Below the pieces are notes generated by a model. It ran no database searches, had not been told where the DNA came from, and worked only from the letters and a program-made list of their open reading frames with translations. A DNA stretch of 63,706 nt, the filler included, from Conidiobolus incongruus B7586 (taxonomy: Eukaryota): the NCBI GenBank assembly GCA_000697335.1. It is 8 parts of 8 records of this genome, joined end to end, with 100 filler letters (N's around TTAATTAATTAA, not from the genome) between each part and the next. Parts side by side here need not be neighbours in the genome. Positions count along the whole stretch, not along the records: positions 11,805 to 16,918 come from JNEM01006055.1; positions 17,019 to 22,286 come from JNEM01006058.1; 6 more parts are not named here. One strand, written 5' to 3'. Of this stretch, positions 11,951 to 22,386 are shown one piece after another. Position numbers and translations under genes: made by a program. The first letter of the stretch is position 1; each line of letters begins with the position of its first letter.

Positions 11951-14644
11951 TTAATCGATTTTGATGTATTCCTTCCATAACAATATGCAATTTTCATGAA
12001 CTATATCATATGTAGCATTTGATCTTACTAATAAAACAATATAAGGTCCATCATATTTCTGATGCATTTTCTTTCTTCCTTTTGTATTTAGCAACCTAAC
12101 ATAATTACCAATTTTGTATTTCGGCTTAATAATTTCATCACCTTCTTGTAATTGTAATTCCTTGAACACTCGATTCTCCCTATATTCCCATTGATTAATA
12201 TAGCGTTCTAATTCTGATATAGGTTTGATCCATGTATCATCCAGAATCAAGGTACTCTCCAATAATCGTGGTTCTTGTCCGAATAATATTTCGAAAGGCG
12301 ATATTCGATCCGACTGTGGCGTCACTCGGTATGCAAACAATACTTTATTAATTTCTTGGTCCCAATCCTTTGGATGGTCAATTGATAATTTTTCTAAATG
12401 TTCACATAATGTCCTATTAAATCTCTCTACTCTCCCATTAGCCTGAGGATGGTATGCTGACGTAAATCGATGTTCTACTTGAAGTATCTTGACGAGTTTT
12501 CTCATAATATCACAATTGAATTGAGGACCTCTATCAGTTGTAATGATTTTTGGAAGTCCAAAATTTAAAATAATATGGGTGTAAATAAATTCAGCAACTA
12601 TCTCTGCAGTTTGTGCTTTATATGGTACAGCTATTGGCCAACGAGATTGGTATTCTGTTGCAACCAGTATATATTGATTACCATAAGTTGAAGGTTCAAA
12701 CGGTCCTACAAAGTCCAATGCAATTTGTTTAAATAATTCGTTACTTACTATATGTCTAGAAGGTACTTTTTCTATAGTTTTATCAAACATTTGGCATGTA
12801 TGACACTTAGCGATAATTTCTCGAACTGTCTTATTAATTTTTGGCCACCAAAAATATTTCTGAATTAGACTTAATGTAGCTGTAATACCACAATGAGCTC
12901 CATTTGTATGGAATATTTCGGTTAATTCTTCTCGATATTGTTGTTTTGGGATTATTTGTATCCGTTCTCCTGCTTTTCTAGTTAAGTTATCATTACGAAT
13001 TGAATATCTTTTGCACTGATTCCGAAATTGTAGAAAGGTTTTGTATGATGGAAACTTTGGTGGTTTACCATATTTCAGCGTCCGGTATATCTTTAGTAAA
13101 TAAGGTTCATAATCTATTTCAGTAAAATTTTCAACCATTGCTGCGGTTTCAACCAATTGTCTACTTAATACATCTGCTGGTATGTTATCCTTTCCTGGTT
13201 TATATTCTACTTCAAAATCATAAAACTGTAATTTATATAACCAACGAGCATGTTGATCTATTGGATTTGTTGCCTTGAGGTATTTTTTAAGTGGAGCATG
13301 ATCTGTTTGAATTTTGAAATGTCGTCCAAATAAATAAGGTCTGAAATGTTCTACCGCTAAGACAGCTGCGTACGCTTCTTTATGGACAGTCGCGTAATTC
13401 AACTCAGCTTTATTAAATTTCTTGGAATAATAGCTAATAACTGATTCTTTTTTATCTCCTGGATGTAATTGGGTAAGTACAGCACCTACTCCTAGACCCG
13501 AAGCGTCTGTTTGCAAAACAAATTCAAGATCAAAATTTGGTAGTTTGAGAATAGGAGCAGAGATTAGTGCATTACGAAGTTGATGAAAACTCTTTTTAGC
13601 TTGTTCATTAAAATCAAAAGTATCATTAGTTTTAGTTAACTCAGTTAAGGGTTGAGCTATTTTGGAAAAATCTTTAACAAAGCGTCGGTAATAATTAACA
13701 AAGCCTAAGAATGCTCTCACCTCTTTAGCGTCTTTGAGTTCAGACCAATCTTTGATTCGTTGTATCTTAGAGGGATCAGTTTCTAAACCTTTGTTACTAA
13801 TAATGTATCCTAAATAGTTGATTGAATCATATGCAAAGTAACATTTTTTAGGACTAATACATAATTGATGCTTTTCTAATCGTTCTAATACTTTTTGGAT
13901 ATGAATTAAGTGATCTTCTTTGGTACGACTGTAAATTATGATATCGTCTAAGTAAACTAGAACGAAATCATATAAAAATTCCTTCATTATATTATTCATC
14001 ATGGACTGAAATGTTGCTGGTGCGTTCGATAAACCGAAAGGCATGACTTTAAAAGCGAAATGATTAGTGCGTGAACTAAATCCTGTTAATGGAATTGACT
14101 CTGTATCCATTGGTACTTGCCAATAACCTGAGAATAAATCTAATGTAGTAAAAATAGTAGCCCCATTTAAGGAATCAAGCAATTCATCGATTTTAGGTAA
14201 AGGAAAAGCATTCTTGATAGTAAGATTATTTAATTCTCTATAATCAATACATAATCGTATTTTTCCATCCTTTTTAGGAACTAATATAATTCGGAATGTC
14301 CATGGCGAATCTGACTCTTGAATAATACCGTTATCTAGCATAGATTGTAATTCTTCATCTAGCCATTTCAATTTTGCTTGTGGAAGCCGTCCTATTTTCT
14401 GTTTGATAGGGGTTATGTTTTTATCGATCAACTCGATTCGATGAGTGATTGCTGTTGTTTTCCTTACTTTCTTAAGGTCTGTACATAGTATATTTGGGAA
14501 TTTTGTCAAAAGATTAATAATGGATTCTTTATCAATAAGAGTTCCGATATTAATTAAATCTACTTTGTTATCGATTGGAGGAGCAATTTCAGTTAAAGCA
14601 GCTGACTCAAGTCGTTGAATTGTGGGGTGTTTAAATTTTTTTTT
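11951..14644 (-). CDS. pol: Pol: reverse transcriptase, RNase H, integrase (frame open from 14644; true C-terminus probably continues in another frame to ~11910)
   Basis: RLCIDYRELN, MPFGLSNAPATFQ, YLDD, LQTDASG, H..GAH...C..C, ALDFVGP/TTDRGPQF/GRVERFN, GPY. The shifted frame ends GIHQNRLKRYR. Confidence 0.95.
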   Translation of the reverse strand, partial: KKKFKHPTIQRLESAALTEIAPPIDNKVDLINIGTLIDKESIINLLTKFPNILCTDLKKVRKTTAITHRIELIDKNITPIKQKIGRLPQAKLKWLDEELQSMLDNGIIQESDSPWTFRIILVPKKDGKIRLCIDYRELNNLTIKNAFPLPKIDELLDSLNGATIFTTLDLFSGYWQVPMDTESIPLTGFSSRTNHFAFKVMPFGLSNAPATFQSMMNNIMKEFLYDFVLVYLDDIIIYSRTKEDHLIHIQKVLERLEKHQLCISPKKCYFAYDSINYLGYIISNKGLETDPSKIQRIKDWSELKDAKEVRAFLGFVNYYRRFVKDFSKIAQPLTELTKTNDTFDFNEQAKKSFHQLRNALISAPILKLPNFDLEFVLQTDASGLGVGAVLTQLHPGDKKESVISYYSKKFNKAELNYATVHKEAYAAVLAVEHFRPYLFGRHFKIQTDHAPLKKYLKATNPIDQHARWLYKLQFYDFEVEYKPGKDNIPADVLSRQLVETAAMVENFTEIDYEPYLLKIYRTLKYGKPPKFPSYKTFLQFRNQCKRYSIRNDNLTRKAGERIQIIPKQQYREELTEIFHTNGAHCGITATLSLIQKYFWWPKINKTVREIIAKCHTCQMFDKTIEKVPSRHIVSNELFKQIALDFVGPFEPSTYGNQYILVATEYQSRWPIAVPYKAQTAEIVAEFIYTHIILNFGLPKIITTDRGPQFNCDIMRKLVKILQVEHRFTSAYHPQANGRVERFNRTLCEHLEKLSIDHPKDWDQEINKVLFAYRVTPQSDRISPFEILFGQEPRLLESTLILDDTWIKPISELERYINQWEYRENRVFKELQLQEGDEIIKPKYKIGNYVRLLNTKGRKKMHQKYDGPYIVLLVRSNATYDIVHENCILLWKEYIKID

Positions 14645-16918
14645 CTAAGTGGATTCTTAGTCATTGTTTCTATAGTTTCTTCCTTATCACCTTGTTTTAT
14701 CTTCATCATTTGGAAAGGATAATTGACTGTAGCATATGTTTTATCTAACCAATTACGACCAAGAATAATAGGTAAATTAGGGTTATCCATCACTAAGAAT
14801 TTATCTTTTATAATGATTTCTCCTACTTGGATATCAACGTCTCTTATCTCCCCTGTTGTCTTTGTAGTGGCGCCTACAACTGTCAATCGTATACTAGATG
14901 GAATTACTCGTTCCTGTAAATTCACTGCCTCTACAACCTGACTATGCATTATATTGGATTCGCTACCAGAATCAATGAAGGCTGTAACCTTTATTCCATT
15001 TATGTAACAATAAATTAAAGGGCAACCTCTAGGTTCACCAGACCAAGGAGGAACATAATTTGTAGAGCCTAGACCTTGATCCTGCCTTTCTGTAACTGGG
15101 ATCATGGATAAAGGAATTTCAATAATTTTGGGTTGTTCAAATTTTTCACATATCAATTGTGCAACTTTCTCACCTTCTAAAACTAGATGAGGTTTGTTAG
15201 AATTGTTGATGAGAATTATTTTGATCTCGCCAGTGAAGTTTGGATCAATTACTCCTCCGCCAACATCAAGAGCTCTCTTACTTGCTAGTCCTGATCGTGG
15301 AGCAATTCTTAAATAGGTACCTTCTGGAGGTATAGCCACTAATCCTGTCCTAATTACGGCTCTTGAATGTGCTGGTATTGGGACATCTTCTATTGCTGTG
15401 AGATCCATCCCGGCGTCATTTTTAAAATTGAATCTCGGAATGATTGCTTTTGAATCTTTCTTAGCGAATCGAATTTCTGGTGGTTTACATTCTTCTTGAA
15501 GCGCCATAGCTGCTATTTGTTCAACTCGTTCTTCGGTTATTTCTTGTCGTTGATTCGCTAATTTAAATAAGCCAGTACGAATTCTTGGTGACATTTCCAT
15601 CAATTGTATTAAGGGAATATTATATTTCAAATTCAACATATCTTTAAGGACTTCCGTAGCTTCACCCTCAGTTAGATTTGGCTTCCTTTGTGTTTTCCGT
15701 TTCTTTTGAGTTTTCTTTTTGGCTTCTTTCACTAATTTTTCTGCTTGTAAGTCCAAAAATCTATTATAATCTTCTCGAGATATTGAAATATTTCTCGGAA
15801 TTTCCTTTGCTTGTTCTTCAATTTCTTTATCAATCTCTTTAAGGTCCAATTTATTTGAAGTAACTAATGGTATAGCTTCTGGATTAATTGCAGACATTGA
15901 CTTATTATTTAAGTCGCTAAGAGGAATCAATTGTTGGTTGGTTGTGTTTTGATTCGTAGTTGCTGTTCGTGTCTTTGGAAAATTAATTACACCAGAAGAT
16001 CCATCAGGTTTCTCTAATTGATATGGTTGTTTTTCATTTTTTCTTTTTTCTTTGTTAGTAACTTCTTTCTTAGGTCTAGCCATCATAGCTGGTTCAATCC
16101 GCCCTAGTATTTTGCGCATTTCCTCTAATGTTTCCTGTTCATATTTAGGATCCATTTCGTCTTCGTCGTCAGAATCTGAACCACTAGTGTCATATTCAGA
16201 ACTGTCAGATTCTTCGGGATCTGTCTCATTTCTAACTGAAACCATTGCTGGCATTTGACATTGATCAGGATTAATCTCATCATCATCAACTAAAAATGGT
16301 TCTATCTCTTGGCCATCTACCATATTTAATTGTTGGTCATAACTGTGGTCTACTTGTACCATTGTCGCCTGAGAATCTTTAACCATTGTACAGTCACGAT
16401 ATATATGACCTAGTTGACCACAATTATTACATCCTGGCTTAATACCATTACGTCTGTTGTAATTAGTTGTGTTACTATAATTGTGTCTGGTAACTGTTAC
16501 TTGATTTGTATTACTTTTGTAATTACTCAAGTTGTTCTTTTCTTCAGCATTCAAATCCTTTAAATCTCTTCCTTCAGCAAGCCACGCCCATTTTTGTTCA
16601 GTCAAAATTTTCTCTGCTTTGTAAATTTTCTGCTTTAGTTCTTCTAATGACCAATCTACAATACTTTCATGGAAATGGTTCAGAAATAAACGTATGTCTT
16701 TCTTTAGCCCCTTCAGAATAACCATACGAACATCGATAATATTTAGGTTATCAGGATCTCTAAATCTTGCAACCATTCTATCTACAAAGTCACTCGCAGA
16801 TTCATTCGGGCTCATCTTTAATTCATCTATGTTGGAACTCAGATTTCTCTGGTTGTTGAACCTGAATCGTTTAATAAATTCTTGTTCAAATACTTTCCAT
16901 GTTTCGATTTCCATTACA
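14593..16918 (-). CDS. gag: Gag-dUTPase-aspartic protease polyprotein (5' truncated)
   Basis: Retrotransposon gag-like N-terminus, CNNCGQLGHIYRDC knuckle (~16390-16431), five dUTPase motifs (~15060-15480), protease FIDSGS (~14965) and ILGRNWL. Confidence 0.93.
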
Positions 16919-17019
16919 NNNNNNNNNNNNNNNNNNNNNNNNNNNNNNNNNNNNNNNNNNNNTTAATTAATTAANNNNNNNNNNNNNNNNNNNNNNNNNN
17001 NNNNNNNNNNNNNNNNNNG

Positions 17020-18276
17020 TTACTATTTAGTTTAAGCATGATTAAATTAAACAACCAATTTTAAAAAGTTAATTTTTTAATCAAAAAAACTAATATATAT
17101 ATATATATTAAAAATAAATAAACATTTGAATATATGATATATAAAAATAAATATATAATATAAATTTAATAGTTTCTTTTATTATTAATAACTTTTTACT
17201 ATACTTTTAACAAACTTCTAACACTTAAAAAACAGTTTTTTTTATTAAAGACTAAAATTTAATGTTTTACAAACTAATTAAATTTTCCTGTAAAAATTTT
17301 CTTTCCTGTAAGCTAGTTTTTTAATTGCCTAAAGCAATTATAATCACATAAGTTATAATTAAAAGAATATACTAGATATGGTAGTTTTTTCCAGTTATTT
17401 TTAATTAGAAAGTTTTTTACAGCTTTAGATTTATGTATTTTACAATTATCATGCAAAATAATAGGTTTTCTCAAATTATATTGAGAACACTAATTAAAAA
17501 TACTTTTATTGAAAAAAACAAAATATAGTTTACTATTAATTGATTTTCCTTTAGGAACTAAATAAGAATAGCATATACTATTATAATCTATTATAATAAT
17601 TAACATTTGCTTATTAACAAAATACTTATTTAAAGGGATTTGTGGAGGAAGTTGATTTAACTTAATCTAGCATTTTGATTTGTGTTTTGGTAAAGGATTA
17701 TACATAGGGATTTAAGATTCATCAATTATAATTATTTGCTGTAAAAGTTTAAGCTTCTAGTAATATTTCAATAAGTTTTGTTTAGCAATAGCTACTCTAG
17801 CTTTTTTTAAGTTTTAGTTAAATTATAAGGTACCTATTTTATATTTTTATTTATTAATTTTAGTTTAAACTTTAAAATAGATAAAATACTTATAAAACTA
17901 ATATTAAAGTACTTAGATAATTCTCTAACTAAAATAAAAAGGTGTTTTTCAATATATTTTTTTACTCTATTTACAATTGAAAGAGTAATAGTTAAAGTTA
18001 ATCTTTTAGATTTTAGCAGGTTTTGAATAGTTTCTTTCTTAGCTTTAAAGTAATTTACCTAGCAATAAATTGTTAATTTAGATAATACTTTATTACCAAA
18101 AGCTGCTTGTAAATTTTAAATAATTTTAGAGGGTTTATGGTTAAGTTTTACTAATACTAAAATAAAAAACTTTTGATGATTACTATTTAGTTTAAGCATG
18201 ATTAAATTAAACAACCAATTTTAAAAAGTTAATTTTTTAATCAAAAAAACTAATATATATATATATATTAAAAATA
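17020..18276. repeat. Exact 97-bp direct repeat, 17020-17116 = 18180-18276
   Basis: Identical by eye. Covers the mariner start codon and upstream sequence. Confidence 0.9.
17166..18199 (-). pseudogene. Degenerate mariner (DD34D) transposase
   Basis: Manual translation: ATG at 18199, LQAAFGNKVLSKLTIYC*V..FK (HTH), K*VPYNL (WVPHEL-like), IIIDES*I, ILHDNCKIH-34 aa-CDY including LPYLVYSFNYNLCDY (HPPYSPDLAPSDY-like), C-terminal SLLKV**KVINNKRNY*. Confidence 0.85.
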
Positions 18277-18329
18277 TATAATTTCCTATTAACTTTATAT
18301 ATATTTATTTATTTCAAACTAATAATATG

Positions 18330-21300
18330 TTTGAAAAATCAAAAATTAAAAAATTTCCCATTATTTTAAATTTAAAGTAATAATTATTAAGTTAATATTT
18401 GCTGGATTTTTATAATTTGAATAAAAAAATAAGTATGTAAAATTTTTAACAAAGTATTTACAATATAGTTTTATTAACCTAAAAGATATTAAATAAAGAA
18501 AAAATAAGCTTAAATAGTTTTAATCTATTTAATTTATTTTCTTAATAAATACTTCTGAGTATTTAAGTAAATAAGTGATTTATAATTTATAAGTGTTAAG
18601 AAAAAATTGTAGGATAAGAAATATAAGTGATTTTTGATTATTTCTACTAAAGCAAAAAGTTTTTATTTATAAACTAGATATTTTAATTTAACTGGTTTTA
18701 TTTTTCTTAACCAGAATATTATTAGTTTTAAAGTAATATTTATAAGGTTAAATTTAACTTATTCTCTTTTATTTATTATTTTATCTTATAGTTATAAGGT
18801 AAAGTATAAATTAAATTCAAACTAGGTTAACTATCTACTAATTGTAAAAAAATTAAAGTTAGTAAAAATAATAGTAGGTAGTTTTAAATTAAAGATAGAT
18901 AAAGTAAAAACATTAGTAATATAAAAAATTAAAGTATTTATGTAAAAAGTGTATAGTAGGGTTTATTCAAAAAGAGAGTTTTTTTAAGAGATTAGTAAGA
19001 AAAATAATAAGTTTAATAAAAGAATTAATGAAGTTTTTAAAGTAATTTAATAATTTAAATATAAACATAAGTTAATTTTTGTTTATAAGTATAGTAAAAG
19101 CTTTAACACCATTAAGTTTAGTTAAATCAATATTAATTCCTTAAGAGTAAATAATATAACTATAGAAAAAAACAGAAGAGGTACTAAAGATGTATTTTGA
19201 TAATTTTAAAAGTAATTTATATTTTTGAATAATTTATAAAACTTAATTAACATGTTAAATATATTCTTCTTTAGTTTTTAAATAGATTAGGATATTATTA
19301 AACTATATAATAATAAAATTATTAAAAATAAAGTTGAAAAAGGAATTAATAAATTAAATAAAAGTTATAAAGGTATTATATAATCTAAAGTTTATAATAG
19401 TAAATTTATAGTAACTTAAAAGAATATTGAAAATAGTTAAAGGGATAAAATTTTCTTTAATTCTAATGTTATAATATTTATTTTTAATATCTAATTTAGT
19501 AAATATAGTTGATTTAAGTAGTTTATCCTTAATATTATATAGGTTTAGTAATAAAGTTTTATCTTTAATAGTTTTAGAGTTTAAAACAAAATTATCAATA
19601 TATAGTTTTTAACCACCATCAGCTTTTTTTACAAAGAGGATTAAAAATTTTTATAGTAAAGAAAAAGGTTTAATATATTTATTAATAAATAGTTTTTAGA
19701 TTTTTTCTTTTAAAGTTTAATATTATTTAAAAGATAAATAGTAAGTAAATTTTAAATATAATTGTGTATTAAAGAGTAGTTTAATTTTATACTTAATATT
19801 GTGTTTAAAAGGTAATTTATTTATAGATTTAAAAACATTAACAAATTAACTTATTATATTATATAAGAAGTAGTTATTAAATATAACTTTATTGAAATCA
19901 ACAAATAAAGTATTAATAGATAAATAATAAACAAATATATATCTTTATAAATTATTAAGGTTTTTAATTAGTTTTTTATATTGGTTTTTACTTATAATAA
20001 TAGAATTATTTGCCACAATTATAGAGTTAGTGTTAGATAAAGTATTTAATAGTTTTATAGTAGGGTAATGTAGGTTTTTTAAGATTAATTCTACTAATTT
20101 CTTTTAGAATGTAAAAAAAATAGATTTGTAACTTTTTAGGGTAATATTCATAGATATAAAACTATGATATTTAAACTAATTTTAACCTAGTATAAAATTA
20201 TAACTAATGTTACCAACTAAGAATTTAATATATTAGGAATAATTAGGGGGTAATAATAGGTATTTAAATATAGTATTAAATGCTTGTTCTATTAAGTTGT
20301 TAGTATATTTAATTATCAAGTTACTTTTTTAGGTAGGTAAAGATAGCTTTATAACAATAAAAGAAGAGATAATATAACTAAAATAACTAGAATTAATTAA
20401 AACACTAACAAGTGTGTTTATAAAAAAATTAATTAACACAAACAATAGTATGATAGTTAAAGGTAAAAAATCACAAGGTAAATTAATTACTAGAATATTT
20501 CTAGTTTCTAATAGTTTAATTAGTTAGATTTCTCTAGTATATATAATTTAATTTATAGAATCAATAGTTTATTAGAACTTTTGTGGATTAGATTAGAATC
20601 TACTAACTAATTATAAAAAAGGTGATTCTAAAGTTATATTAATATTATTCAAGTTTGATTTATAGTTGGTAAGTTAAAATTATTGAAAATTTAACAGATG
20701 TTGCTTTTTTAAAGGGTATTTATTAACTCTATAGTTAACTTAAGTTTTTTAACAGTAATAACAACCTTTGTTTATTCTTAAGTAGGTTTTAGCTTCTTCA
20801 CTAAAGGTTTTCTCATAAAGTTTTAATGTAATAACATCTATCATTTAAAACTTAAATGAGTTAAAGTAAAGTTTAAAAGATTAATTTTTAAGGTGGGAAA
20901 ATTTAATTATAAAGTAAAAGATATTATCAATTATAATTGCTACATCATAAATATTAGAAAAAAACATATTATTAAAGTGTTTCTTACTAACTAACTAGAG
21001 CTTTATTTAAAAGTTAAGATATTGTAATAGTTTGTAGATTTATTCTTCTTCAATAATATTTAATATGTTTAAACATATCTCATTAAATTTCTCAATTAAT
21101 TAACTTATAAAAGTTTTTTATTTAAGTTAAAAAAGCTTTTCTCTTATTAATTAAACTTAATCTTTTAAGTAATACCTTTCTTTAAGAGCTTTTTCTAATT
21201 GTTTAAAAGTTTATATTTTTGTAGTAAATTATCCTCTTGAAGATTCTTTAGGATTAAACTTGTAATAAGTTAATTACTAAATATAAATAGATTTTTCTAA

Positions 21301-21900
21301 AAAAAAATAGTTAATTTAAAGATATTTTTTAAATCATCTAAGATTAAATTAAGATAATTCTTTATATTTTTAAAGTAGTTTTCAAGTGTGTAGAAGTTTT
21401 TAAAACTATTATAAGTAGTTAATTTGTCTTTAAAGATATTAAAAAGGTAGTTTAATATATTAATTATAATGAAGTAACTAGTTTGTTAGATTTAAACTCT
21501 TTAAGACATTTTTTTTTCAATCAGAAGTTGTTTAATATATGTTTTTTAAAGGGTAATAAGTTTTTAAAAACTAAAGTTTTAGATTTATTTAGTAATTAAG
21601 CTGTTATTATTATTAAAATAATATAAGGATATTTTTTTTAATGGTATTATAATATATAGTGTTAAATTTAAATGAAATAAATTATAGATAAGATTTAAAA
21701 TAGCAATAATTAAGTTTAATACAAATAGTTATTAATTTCTAATAAGTTTTTAATAATTTTATTACTGCTACTATTTAATTATAAAGGTAGTTAAACTAAT
21801 ATAGTATAGAGGAAAACTTAATATAAAAGTAGTGTGGTATAAAATATAATAATATAATGTAGCTATAGTGTGTAAATGTAAATAAAGTTTAATTAAGCTT
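18330..21900 (-). mobile_element. Heavily mutated Ty3/gypsy relic (gag, RT, RNase H); boundaries approximate
   Basis: Manual translation: GCYYC*KT*VNYRVNKYP (Gag knuckle, ~20750); LILFVKKADGG*KLYIDNFVLNSKTIKD...IFTKLDIKNKYYNIRI (~19450-19640); FNNILIY (YxDD, ~19290); IIFTNFNFFTISR*LT* (TDAS-like, ~18850). Confidence 0.85.
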
Positions 21901-22386
21901 TAAACTAGGATGAGTCACTAATATATTAAGATTTATATTAGGTAGTGTTAATATCCTATAATATTAACAGAATATAATCTCAATTTTAGAAATAGTATAA
22001 AAGTAAAAAATAGTAAAAATTGAGAGGAAAAAGAAAAACCTAGTTTATTAGATAATTCAATGCTATTTATACAATTAATTTAACTATATAAGTATAAATT
22101 AATCATATAATTTATAGTTAATTGGATTATATAAAAGTATATATAAGAATTTAAAGAATTAGTCTTTTAACAAAAAGAATGATTTAAGTATAATTATAAA
22201 TAATATAGAAATTTAAGTTAATATTAATTATATAATAAAATATATATAAAAGTTTTATTATTTATATATTTTTAATTTATAAACCCNNNNNNNNNNNNNN
22301 NNNNNNNNNNNNNNNNNNNNNNNNNNNNNNTTAATTAATTAANNNNNNNNNNNNNNNNNNNNNNNNNNNNNNNNNNNNNNNNNNNN

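Larger units (their letters stand above)
11805..16918 (-). mobile_element. Ty3/gypsy LTR retrotransposon carrying a dUTPase (Gag-CCHC-dUTPase-PR / RT-RNaseH-IN), both ends cut by contig edges
   Basis: Domain order RT-RH-IN. A polypurine tract and the start of the 3' LTR lie downstream of pol. Confidence 0.95.

Noticed and set aside
15060..15480. dUTPase as the reason this element escaped C>T hypermutation
   Set aside because: dUTPase removes dUTP from the nucleotide pool and does not prevent cytosine deamination in DNA; recent insertion explains intactness more simply.
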